Below are positions 26,374 through 34,930 of a stretch of DNA of 64,000 nucleotides, piece by piece. The position numbers were made by a program, and so were the translations under genes. This DNA comes from Candidatus Woesearchaeota archaeon. Lineage in GTDB: Archaea > Nanobdellota > Nanobdellia > Woesearchaeales > SM23-78. Each line of letters starts with the position of its first letter. The first letter of the stretch is position 1. The DNA is taken from positions 6,037-70,036 of the forward strand of contig JAFGRK010000019.1 in assembly GCA_016935175.1 (NCBI GenBank), in the 5' to 3' direction. Below the pieces are notes generated by a model, which was not told where the DNA came from, did not search any database, and worked only from the letters and a program-made list of their open reading frames with translations.

Positions 26374-27360
26374 TTATTCAGGCATGTCCTGTATTATAAT
26401 CGGAGTCTCAATGAACTGGCCATACCTGTACCTAAGCCTGATGTTGAGCAGGTCCTGGAAAATCCTGCCTGCGCTAGGCCTGGTCCTTTCTATTGTGCAG
26501 CTGATGGTTGTCGGCGCCCCTTGGTAGAGTTTCACTCTGCCAGCATTGCTTCCTCCGAACCTGCCGCAAGAGATTGTCAAGCCATCATCTCCCTGGAACT
26601 GAAGCACTTCAACATCCACGTTGTACTTGTTGATATTTCTCATGCTAAAGTCACAGTCCTCGCCAGCATCCCTGCCGAAGAACTCTCCAATGCCTATGTG
26701 CTCAATCATGAAGTTAATCTGGATCTTGTTAGAGCCCATGGGGTTCTCTGTGACCTTGGTGACGTGCAATGGCCCTCCACTGTTCTGGACATACTTCTCA
26801 CCCGATAGTGTGCAGATGCTAGTATCCTGCACGCTCTCAAGCACATCGTCCTTTATGCAGACTATTGCTGTTGCCATGTTCTCATAGTCATAGCACACAT
26901 CCGCCCTTATGGTGAATTGGGTATTGCCAAAAATATCAGGAACATAGCTTAAAGGCTCAAACACAATAGAGGTTAGCTCCCCTGGGAATATGGTGTCGTC
27001 AAAGTTCCTCTTTGAGCCTTGCAATGGGCTTTCAAGCATCTGCATTGCGCTGTCATCTGTGAGTCCGAACTGGACTGGGTTGATGCCTACCAGCCTTGCC
27101 ATGACATAAGGGTTATCAGTTCCTGGTCCTACAGCGACCTCTCCCTGGTTCTCAATCATTATGCCCACGCTAAAAGGGTATGAGTTACCATCGAATACCA
27201 CTGGCGGGGGCATGCCTTCAATGAGGTATGTGTTGAGCCCTGTTGGGCCTCCGACAAACCTGGGTGCTTCATTGCCAGTGCCTACGCCTTCACAACCTGT
27301 CAATAGAAGAGCTGCTGCTATTGCTACCAATCCAAATAAAAACAATTTGTTGCTTATCAT
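26374..27360 (-). CDS. Lipobox-signal secreted protein, surface-cluster paralogue E
   Basis: A strong SD (AGGAGGA) lies 9-10 nt upstream of ATG 27360. It has a signal plus LLLTGC site. It shares VGPGTDNPxV..RLVGI, VCYDYE and LRYRY blocks with F. Confidence 0.65.
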   Translation of the reverse strand: MISNKLFLFGLVAIAAALLLTGCEGVGTGNEAPRFVGGPTGLNTYLIEGMPPPVVFDGNSYPFSVGIMIENQGEVAVGPGTDNPYVMARLVGINPVQFGLTDDSAMQMLESPLQGSKRNFDDTIFPGELTSIVFEPLSYVPDIFGNTQFTIRADVCYDYENMATAIVCIKDDVLESVQDTSICTLSGEKYVQNSGGPLHVTKVTENPMGSNKIQINFMIEHIGIGEFFGRDAGEDCDFSMRNINKYNVDVEVLQFQGDDGLTISCGRFGGSNAGRVKLYQGAPTTISCTIERTRPSAGRIFQDLLNIRLRYRYGQFIETPIIIQDMPE

Positions 27361-27522
27361 GTTATCAATCCTCCTATTTATTTCCATTTATTTTACTTGT
27401 AGTATTTATATTTTATTTATTTGTACGCATGAAACAGCTTTTCCAGCCAGTTAGGGCATATATTTTGACATCAGTAGCCATTAGCCATGTTCAGCCATAT
27501 TCATTATGGCTCTAACTCATAT

Positions 27523-28836
27523 TCATATAGCCCTCTTTATCAACACATTCCTTTCCATAGTCTTGGAATAGCCATACCAGAGCTCGACCACTAAAGGAGT
27601 CAGGTAGGCTGACCTTAAGCCTGAATAGGGTATAAGGTATGAGCAGGTGATGATGCCTGAGCCTGTCTTTGGGTCAAGCCTTACAAAGTCATTAGGAGTG
27701 CAGTCAAGCCTTTGCAGGTCACCAGAGACTCTCACATCACCGACATATACTATGTTCTTGTCTTCAGCAGTTACCCTGCCGGGGAAGTAGGGGCTGCACA
27801 TCTCTAGCTTTCCAGGGTCATACACATCCCCTCCGCCAACATTCTTGATGTGGATGTCAAACCTTGCCTCCCTGGGAGTGTTCTCCTGGTAAATATAGGT
27901 CACGGCAACTGGCGCTCCTTGCCCTTTAGTGCCTGTGTATTTTTGCGGATAGCAAACTTTCCTGTCATCTGAGTAAGGCACAGGGTCAATGCATACCAAG
28001 GGGGCGGCATAAGTAGCATATAAGTAACAGTTGGTTATTAGGAAAGTCTGGTAGGCATAGTCAAGCCCTGGAGGCCAAGTTACTATGTTACCCTCGAAAT
28101 TGATGTAGTCAAGGTCTCCTCCTGGGAACTCATAAGTATCCCCTTCAAGCAAGTACTCGACTCCGAAATTCCTTGTGAAATCAATTCCCTGGAAAAGTGC
28201 TATCAGCAGCCTGCCGTGATTAGCATATTCTATATCAATTCCAGGATTGTCAAAACTAATGCTGAACTGGGTCTGGTCTCCTGAAGTCTGTCTGTAATAG
28301 ATATCTGTCCCTCCAAGAAGCCTGGTGAGGTCCAAAGCACCTGAATAAGCCCCAGTGGAGCTGAAAAGGTCCCTTATGCCCACTTCAAAAGTTCCTGAGT
28401 CCCCCACACCTAGGAAAAAGTCCTCGCATCGAAGAGTTCCTCCGAACTCCCCGAAGCCTATGTTGCCTATGTTCAATATGCATGCCCTTCCGCTGCTCCT
28501 TAAGGGATTGATCCCCTGGAATTCAATCATAGTGGGGTCATAGCCTGATAGAAACAATGCTCCTCTAGCCCATGATGAGCCTACATTGGCAACTTCCACA
28601 TTCACATCAAATGTGTTGTCCTGGGCATCTCCATAATAATACATCTTGTAAGGGGGCATCCCTGTCATGATTGCCATCTCCACCCCCCTGAACCCTTGGT
28701 AGTACTTATTATCCTCAAACCGCATCATGCTTTGGTCATCCCTAATGACCTTGTTGCAGGCTGATAGCAAGAAAACCAAGGCTAAGCACAGTAGGCCGAT
28801 GCCAAGCATACCTCTTTTTTTATTTTTAATACCCAT
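27523..28836 (-). CDS. Lipobox-signal secreted protein, surface-cluster paralogue D
   Basis: ATG 28836 is preceded by its own TATA (28861-28871, minus-strand sense). It has a signal plus FLLSAC site and shares blocks with C (YY.G..G.EM, QGAPVA.T, F.IH..N.G.G.V, CTPN). Confidence 0.65.
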   Translation of the reverse strand: MGIKNKKRGMLGIGLLCLALVFLLSACNKVIRDDQSMMRFEDNKYYQGFRGVEMAIMTGMPPYKMYYYGDAQDNTFDVNVEVANVGSSWARGALFLSGYDPTMIEFQGINPLRSSGRACILNIGNIGFGEFGGTLRCEDFFLGVGDSGTFEVGIRDLFSSTGAYSGALDLTRLLGGTDIYYRQTSGDQTQFSISFDNPGIDIEYANHGRLLIALFQGIDFTRNFGVEYLLEGDTYEFPGGDLDYINFEGNIVTWPPGLDYAYQTFLITNCYLYATYAAPLVCIDPVPYSDDRKVCYPQKYTGTKGQGAPVAVTYIYQENTPREARFDIHIKNVGGGDVYDPGKLEMCSPYFPGRVTAEDKNIVYVGDVRVSGDLQRLDCTPNDFVRLDPKTGSGIITCSYLIPYSGLRSAYLTPLVVELWYGYSKTMERNVLIKRAI

Positions 28837-28981
28837 GCTTAAGCCTTCCTTGTCAGTAATAGTATATAAAGCTTTCTTAAAATCTTGATAATGTATTAAC
28901 AATAATATATGCTATGCCCATATCGATTATTACATCAATTCACCAACCCCATCCAACCATACGTTATTTATCAATCGATAT

Positions 28982-30544
28982 TCATCCTAATATGGTTGAT
29001 GATGTGGATGTTGAAGTTGGACAGTTAGTGCTAGGGGTTGAACATGCATCTTTTGTATCATATACTTGTTTCGTTATAGGGCAGCAGAACTTGCCGCTCT
29101 CCATTAATACATAGTTATTAGGATCTGTGCCTGTTCCACAAGCGCACGTCCTGGTGGCCTCATAGCATCTTGTGCATTTAGGATAGCATTTGCCATCAGC
29201 AGGGTTGCGTATCTCATTGGACTTGCATTCTATCATGCAGCAATAGCTTGCGCCAGGGCAATAGCCTGCAAAAGGCACGCACAAGCCATCAGGGTAAAGC
29301 TTTGAGCATGTGTCAAAGCTGCACTGGCAGCTAAAGCCAATCTGGAAGTTGATGGTCTTGGAATTAGGGGCGTCAGGCTGGCACCCTGGCCCTCCTTGAT
29401 TGGATGCGCAATAATTACACCTGATCACTCCTGGCGAAACCTCATAAGGCAGTATAGAACTATTATCATATAATATTTCACCATAGGGGTTAAGCCTTTT
29501 GATGTCAATCCTCTTAGAAATCGAAGTGAGGTATATGTATGAAAGGGTTATTGTGAGGGGGGTTTGGTAGTTCTGGTAGCCCATTATCAATCCTTCATCA
29601 GTGACCTGGCACCTGGTAAAGCCTTCATTATTATAAAGCCTTATAGGGTTAGGGGTGCATTCAAGCCATCTGTCGTTAGAAAGGATTGCGTCTACCCTAA
29701 CGGTGTTAAAATCTTCCCTGTAAAGGTCGTGGAAAGAGCATACACGGTCCATCTCTGCAGGGTTATCATAAGGAGTCAGTACTGTGCCTGAGCCCTTGTT
29801 CTGCAAGTGAATAGTAAAGACCGGCCTTACCATATTGTTGCCAACAGGATGGTTCTCTACCTCAACAAGGGTTATAGCCACAGGAGCCCCTTGGTCTGAA
29901 AAGCTAAGGTCGTTCTGGGTGCATATTTGAGTCCTTTGGTTCTCACCATAAATGTTCAAGTCAACACACACTATCTGGGAAAGGGTAGTAGTATAAGGAT
30001 AGCATAAGGTAGATGATATCTGTGTGAAAGGCATCTCCCTCTGGCCCATGACACTCTTAGCCCTGAAATTAGGGAATGACAAGAAACTCTCTGTTCCTGA
30101 AGGGCTGTATCTTGACTTGCCCCTTAGCTGTATTCCCTTGAGCACCATGCTATTCCTAGTCACTGTAACTCCCGAGCCATTCTGTATGTCAAACAGCTCA
30201 ATGTAAAAAGGGTCAAAGCTGAATGACAGTATGCCGTACTTATCATCAATAACATCAAAGGCTCCCTTGTTCTCAACATAGACAGTAACTGGGAAAGTAG
30301 CTTCCTCATACACCTCTTTTGGAGGGCTGGTCTCGAGGAACATCATCTCCATGCCTTTAATGCCGACATAATAATTCACTTCCTTAGGCTGTTGCTGAAA
30401 ATTGCAGGAAGAAGCAGTTGTGAACAATAAGATTATTATGAATATTAAAATTATGCTGAAAGGCTGAAAATTATTGTGCTGCTGATTAAATCGATTGGCA
30501 AATTGGTTGGCAGGTGTTTTGGTTTTTTGGTTATTCATCGTCAT
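28982..30544 (-). CDS. Lipobox-signal secreted protein, surface-cluster paralogue C, with C-terminal Cys-rich module and S/T tail
   Basis: It has a signal anchor plus FTTASSC site and a core paralogous to D. The last ~145 aa contain about 20 Cys and end in STPSTNCPTSTSTSSTILG. Its start overlaps the stop of the upstream gene by 4 nt. Confidence 0.65.
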   Translation of the reverse strand: MTMNNQKTKTPANQFANRFNQQHNNFQPFSIILIFIIILLFTTASSCNFQQQPKEVNYYVGIKGMEMMFLETSPPKEVYEEATFPVTVYVENKGAFDVIDDKYGILSFSFDPFYIELFDIQNGSGVTVTRNSMVLKGIQLRGKSRYSPSGTESFLSFPNFRAKSVMGQREMPFTQISSTLCYPYTTTLSQIVCVDLNIYGENQRTQICTQNDLSFSDQGAPVAITLVEVENHPVGNNMVRPVFTIHLQNKGSGTVLTPYDNPAEMDRVCSFHDLYREDFNTVRVDAILSNDRWLECTPNPIRLYNNEGFTRCQVTDEGLIMGYQNYQTPLTITLSYIYLTSISKRIDIKRLNPYGEILYDNSSILPYEVSPGVIRCNYCASNQGGPGCQPDAPNSKTINFQIGFSCQCSFDTCSKLYPDGLCVPFAGYCPGASYCCMIECKSNEIRNPADGKCYPKCTRCYEATRTCACGTGTDPNNYVLMESGKFCCPITKQVYDTKDACSTPSTNCPTSTSTSSTILG

Positions 30545-32514
30545 TCCCTTACCATAATGGATTTTCTCTTCTCCATCTCATAATCATACTTAGCTATTGC
30601 CACAAAAGTCCTTTCTACTTTCTGGGCGCCCCTAAGCAAGGCAGCAGGGTCTTTTATGCGCAGCCTACAAGTTATTGACTGGAATCCCTGCCTGACATCC
30701 CCTAGCTCTGTCTTAAGGAACTTGTAAGTGTCAACCCCGTTTTCAGACTCGTCCGGAGCCTTCTCAGTCACAGGATACCATCGGTCACATTTGACTAGCT
30801 GGAAATCATCTGGGACTAGTATCATGAACTCATTAACAGTCCTTGGGTAGCCATCAGTCCATATGTTATCTATAGTCACTCCCAGGACAGGCTCCCTTGT
30901 ATTGTACCTGGTATCAATCCCTATAGGCAAGTCTACCTGGGCAGACATGCCTAGCATTATTGGTCCCGGAGTATAGACTGAGCGTGGAAGCGAAGGGATC
31001 TTGAGCTCTGAATTGATGTTCTTGCCTTGCGTCTCCATGGAGTGTTTGGTTTCTAGGTCGACAAAGGTGTAAGTCACATAAGCCCAAGTCTCAAAGTTGA
31101 ACTTGACACCTATACGGGCAGAGTAGGTTCCTTTTTCAAGTCCTGTAAATGTGCATGAGAAAGATGTGAGCTCGCTGCCTAGCAGGCTAAAAGCAGGAGG
31201 CTGAGCCACGCCAGGCCCCACCTTATCTATTACGCAGGTAGGCTGAATATTGACTTGTTCCACAAAGCTCTTACCCCTAACATCAGCCCAAAGAATGGCG
31301 GGGTAGTCTTTGTAGAAATATTTTTCAGCAGCATACACATTGGCAAGGTACAGCCCAACAGGCTCCTCATCATTTCTTCCCTCTATCTCACCCATATAAT
31401 AGCCAATGGAATTATTGTAGAATGCATACTGCGTAGGGTCTGAAACTCCCCTGATGTACTTCCAGAAGTCAGTGCCTATTTCCTTGGTCTTGTCAATGAG
31501 ATAGGTAAACACAGTGCCGAACTCCATGTTCTCCACTCTCCCCCCTAGGAATGAAAAATAAGAGGGAGTTAGCTTCAAGCCCACTCCAAATATGAATACG
31601 AACAGCAAGAATATTATCCAAAAATTAATGTAGCTATGGACAAACTTGTAATCTGCCTTGAACCCTATGTAGAGCGGCCAGATGGGAAGGATAGCCAATA
31701 AAAAAGTCACCCAGTTGAACAAGGTCGTGCCAGCAACTATCTCAATGTCTGGGATGGCGTAAAGCAAGGTCGGCACTGCAATATAAAAAAGCGATATTAG
31801 TATGAATAGTATTATCTGTCTTGGGGAAACCAGATGCCCTTCTTCCTTAGAAAAGAATATCAAAGCCAAAACAGCAAGCAACAAGTACATTATTATTGAA
31901 ATATAGAAATAGGATGTCCTGTTCATCCTTATGATGACAACATCAACTATTTGTATGCAGACCGCTACCCAGAAGAGCATCTTAAGAGAGCCTGAAGTGC
32001 TGGAACCAGAATCAGAGCCAGAGTCCTTTGATGATGAAATTTTTGACTTAACCACGTTTTTCGCCTTTCTTCCTGCGTTAGCAGCCCCGGCAGCCAAGCC
32101 TGTCATGAGGCCTGCACCTGCCACTGCAGCAGTCTTCGCAGCATTGGCTGATGTCCTGGCAGCCCTTGCAGCCCCTCTACTAGCAGCAGCCCATCTTCTT
32201 CTGGTTGCCTCAGCATCTGCTGCGCTTGAAGCATCCGGTGTTGCTGGCGGATTAGTTGGAGGAGGCTGAGTAGGAGCTGATGGTGCTGGGCTTGGGTTTG
32301 ATGGAGGGGATGATGGGCCTGAACTTTTAGTTTCTTTTTCCCCTTCAATGTATTTTTTTAATCTCTCTTTATACTTATTGGATATACCAGCCATTTCTGT
32401 TTCAGCTGTCTTTGCCACTCCAGAAGTCGTGGCTGTAACTTCCTTTGCTGCCGCCTTTCCTAACAAAGATTTGCCAGCATTGGCTGCTGCTCCCATAGGA
32501 ATTCCAGGGCTCAT
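30541..32514 (-). CDS. Polytopic membrane protein with Ala/Pro/Ser-rich N-terminus and large C-terminal ectodomain (surface cluster B)
   Basis: About 175 aa of low complexity are followed by a block of roughly six hydrophobic helices and then a ~300 aa Cys-containing soluble domain. An SD-like GAGGAA lies upstream. Confidence 0.65.
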   Translation of the reverse strand: MSPGIPMGAAANAGKSLLGKAAAKEVTATTSGVAKTAETEMAGISNKYKERLKKYIEGEKETKSSGPSSPPSNPSPAPSAPTQPPPTNPPATPDASSAADAEATRRRWAAASRGAARAARTSANAAKTAAVAGAGLMTGLAAGAANAGRKAKNVVKSKISSSKDSGSDSGSSTSGSLKMLFWVAVCIQIVDVVIIRMNRTSYFYISIIMYLLLAVLALIFFSKEEGHLVSPRQIILFILISLFYIAVPTLLYAIPDIEIVAGTTLFNWVTFLLAILPIWPLYIGFKADYKFVHSYINFWIIFLLFVFIFGVGLKLTPSYFSFLGGRVENMEFGTVFTYLIDKTKEIGTDFWKYIRGVSDPTQYAFYNNSIGYYMGEIEGRNDEEPVGLYLANVYAAEKYFYKDYPAILWADVRGKSFVEQVNIQPTCVIDKVGPGVAQPPAFSLLGSELTSFSCTFTGLEKGTYSARIGVKFNFETWAYVTYTFVDLETKHSMETQGKNINSELKIPSLPRSVYTPGPIMLGMSAQVDLPIGIDTRYNTREPVLGVTIDNIWTDGYPRTVNEFMILVPDDFQLVKCDRWYPVTEKAPDESENGVDTYKFLKTELGDVRQGFQSITCRLRIKDPAALLRGAQKVERTFVAIAKYDYEMEKRKSIMVRE

Positions 32515-32569
32515 TATCAGATTCCTCTTCTAAATCCTCTTTTTTAACAATCAAGAAGCCAACTCGTCT

Positions 32570-33763
32570 TTAGACCACGTCAACTCTTAGCTCAACCACA
32601 TCGATTGGGTCTGGTCTGGGTGTTATCTTGATTGAGTTAGGGCCTGCTGTGACGTACTCGGGATTTATCACAGTCTGGTAAACTATGTCCTGGGTTTCAA
32701 AGTAGCTCTTAAAACCGTTCACTTCCATTATGCCCCGTTTTAGGTTAGTGGAATCAGCAAACCTTAAGCCAAAGACAAGGGCTCTTTGTCCGTAGTAGAG
32801 TGCTTGGTAAAGGGTTGGCTGAATGGTGAAGTAAAACACTGGCTGCTCAGACTCCTTCAGATAAGTGGTCAGCTTAGGCCTGTCAAGAAGCAATGAGCCT
32901 GAGCTGGTGGTTGCAACAAGGGAGTTGTCCCCTATTCTTAGGAACTCCTTGCTCACCTCAACAGAGGTCTTGATGCCGCAGTCAGGATAGCTGGTGTAGA
33001 TGGGCCTGTTGTTGATGAGTATCTGTACCAGCCCTTCTTCTCTTGGAGGGCAGTCAGGCAAGAATTCCAGGACAGCCCTGCTCATGGTCTGGTATTCTAC
33101 GTCCCCAATTGAGAAGTGCTGCTCTGAAAAAGCCCCTGAATAGTCAGTTATCTTGGCAGATATGAGGATATTTTCAAGCATGTACTCGTTTATCCTCCAG
33201 AAAGCTGCTCCTGCATCTGACACCTCAAAGACCAGGCTGTTCTTGTCAGTAAGGTATTCTCTTGGCAAGTCTATGGGGTTTGGGCTTTGCTGAGTTACTT
33301 CCCCCTCGAACAGCTTGTAGTTGTTTAGCATTATGATTAGGTTGCCTGAGTGCTTCCTTACATTATAGGACAGTTTAACATCATTCATTGTCTGTGCGTC
33401 ATAAAAGAATATCATCTCTTCTGTCTTGTCCCCGAAGGCAGAGTTCTTCACATATAATGAGGATGTCCTTTTTATTTCTCCAGCATTGGTGACTGTGAAA
33501 ACAATGAATGAGGGCATGGTATGCTCTACGCTGTCCCCTCCTTCAGGGTATATTCTTCCTGGCGTAGTGGAAAGCAATATGCTCTTTACTGTTCCTGTGC
33601 CTCCGCCACTGCCTCCGCCGCCGTTTGGCTGCTCATCAAGTAGTGCAGCCCTGTCTTCTGGCGAGAGGAACAAGATGTAGAATACGATGAGCACTGCAAT
33701 AAGGATTACAGTTATTGCCGCGTTGGTGGCTGACTGGCCGAGCTTAGATTTCCATCTAGTCAT
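32570..33763 (-). CDS. Signal-anchored (possibly class III / pilin-like signal) secreted protein (surface cluster A)
   Basis: From ATG 33763 the N-terminus reads MTRWKSKLGQSATNAAITVILIAVLIVFYILF, followed by a Gly-rich linker and a ~330 aa beta-rich domain. A TATA lies 27 nt upstream, so the transcript is probably leaderless. Confidence 0.6.
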   Translation of the reverse strand: MTRWKSKLGQSATNAAITVILIAVLIVFYILFLSPEDRAALLDEQPNGGGGSGGGTGTVKSILLSTTPGRIYPEGGDSVEHTMPSFIVFTVTNAGEIKRTSSLYVKNSAFGDKTEEMIFFYDAQTMNDVKLSYNVRKHSGNLIIMLNNYKLFEGEVTQQSPNPIDLPREYLTDKNSLVFEVSDAGAAFWRINEYMLENILISAKITDYSGAFSEQHFSIGDVEYQTMSRAVLEFLPDCPPREEGLVQILINNRPIYTSYPDCGIKTSVEVSKEFLRIGDNSLVATTSSGSLLLDRPKLTTYLKESEQPVFYFTIQPTLYQALYYGQRALVFGLRFADSTNLKRGIMEVNGFKSYFETQDIVYQTVINPEYVTAGPNSIKITPRPDPIDVVELRVDVV

Positions 33764-33786
33764 AAGCAAGTTCTTAATAATCGAGG

Positions 33787-33794
33787 TATATAAA
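33787..33794. promoter_or_regulatory. TATA element in the divergent spacer, positioned for the minus-strand surface-cluster operon (pelota has its own TTATATA ~25 nt upstream of ATG 33875)
   Basis: TATATAAA (TTTATATA on the minus strand) lies ~27 nt from ATG 33763. A second TATA-like TTATATA sits at ~33846. Confidence 0.45.
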
Positions 33795-33874
33795 TTTATT
33801 GGTTTTGATTGAGGATGATGATAATGGCGCCATAAACAAAAAACATTATATACTAAAAAAACATTCTAGCAAAT

Positions 33875-34930
33875 ATGCAAATAATAAAGAAGAACCTGAA
33901 ACAGGGAGAAATCACTGTCAAAATTAACAATGCAGAGGACCTGTGGTCGTTGAACCAGCTCATTGAGACAGATGACATGATAAAGGGCAAGACTGAAAGG
34001 AAGATTAAGATTGGAAATGAGGATGAGCGCAAGCAAAGCGTTGTGAGAAAGACTGTTTATCTTGAGATAAAGGCAGAGAAAGTTGAGTTCCATAAGTACT
34101 CTGATAACCTAAGGGTGAACGGCGTGATTATTTCTGGGCCTGATGATGTGCCAAGAGGCAGCTACCACACCTTCAATGTTGAGCCTGGAAGCATAGTCAC
34201 CATTGTAAAGCAGGAGTGGCCTGGCTATCAGCTTGAAAAGCTAAAGGAAGCAACAGAGAGCATAGCAACCAAGATACTGCTAGTGATGATGGACAGGGAG
34301 GAGGCAATCTTCATGCTGCTTAAGAGCCAAGGCGGAGAGAAGCTTTCAAGCCTTAAAGGGAACGTGGCGAAGAAAGGCCTTGACGGCTCTGAAAAGAAGG
34401 ACTTTTACCAGGAGATAATTGAACAGATGAAAGAATATGATGAGAGGTTTGAGCTCCAGAACATCATAGTGGCAAGCCCTAGCTTCTGGAAAGAATACCT
34501 CATGAAGAGCATGCCTGATGAGCTCAAGAAAAAGATTACCCTTGCGACCTGCTCTGATGTTGGCGAGGCTGCTGTCAAGGAAGTGCTGCAAAGGCCTGAA
34601 CTGATGAGGGTGCTTGAGCATGACCGGGCAGCCAAAGAATCTTTGCTTGTTGAGGAAATCCTTAAGGCCATCTCAAAGGATGAAGCCTGCTATGGTTTGG
34701 CTGACTGCAAGGAAAAATCAGGGATAGGTGCTGTCAAGGAGCTCATTGTGAGCTATGAGTTCATGCAAAAGGCAAGGCAGGAGGGCAAGCACAGGGAATT
34801 AGAAGGCATAATGAGGCTTGTGGAGAGGATGAGCGGAAAAGTCCATATCCTGAGCACAGAAGAGGCTGAGAAAAAGCTGCTGGGCCTTGGCGGAATCGCA
34901 GGCATTTTAAGATGGCAAGCAACAAATTAG
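33875..34930 (+). CDS. pelA: Pelota / Dom34 mRNA surveillance protein
   Basis: It matches the archaeal Pelota pattern over the full length (N-terminal Sm-like domain, central eRF1-like domain, C-terminal GGIAGILR). Confidence 0.9.
   Translation: MQIIKKNLKQGEITVKINNAEDLWSLNQLIETDDMIKGKTERKIKIGNEDERKQSVVRKTVYLEIKAEKVEFHKYSDNLRVNGVIISGPDDVPRGSYHTFNVEPGSIVTIVKQEWPGYQLEKLKEATESIATKILLVMMDREEAIFMLLKSQGGEKLSSLKGNVAKKGLDGSEKKDFYQEIIEQMKEYDERFELQNIIVASPSFWKEYLMKSMPDELKKKITLATCSDVGEAAVKEVLQRPELMRVLEHDRAAKESLLVEEILKAISKDEACYGLADCKEKSGIGAVKELIVSYEFMQKARQEGKHRELEGIMRLVERMSGKVHILSTEEAEKKLLGLGGIAGILRWQATN

Noticed and set aside
31931-32348. 112-aa (+) and 81-aa (-) ORFs
   Set aside because: These are alternate frames of the GC-rich Ala/Pro-coding segment of surface-cluster gene B and are compositional artefacts.
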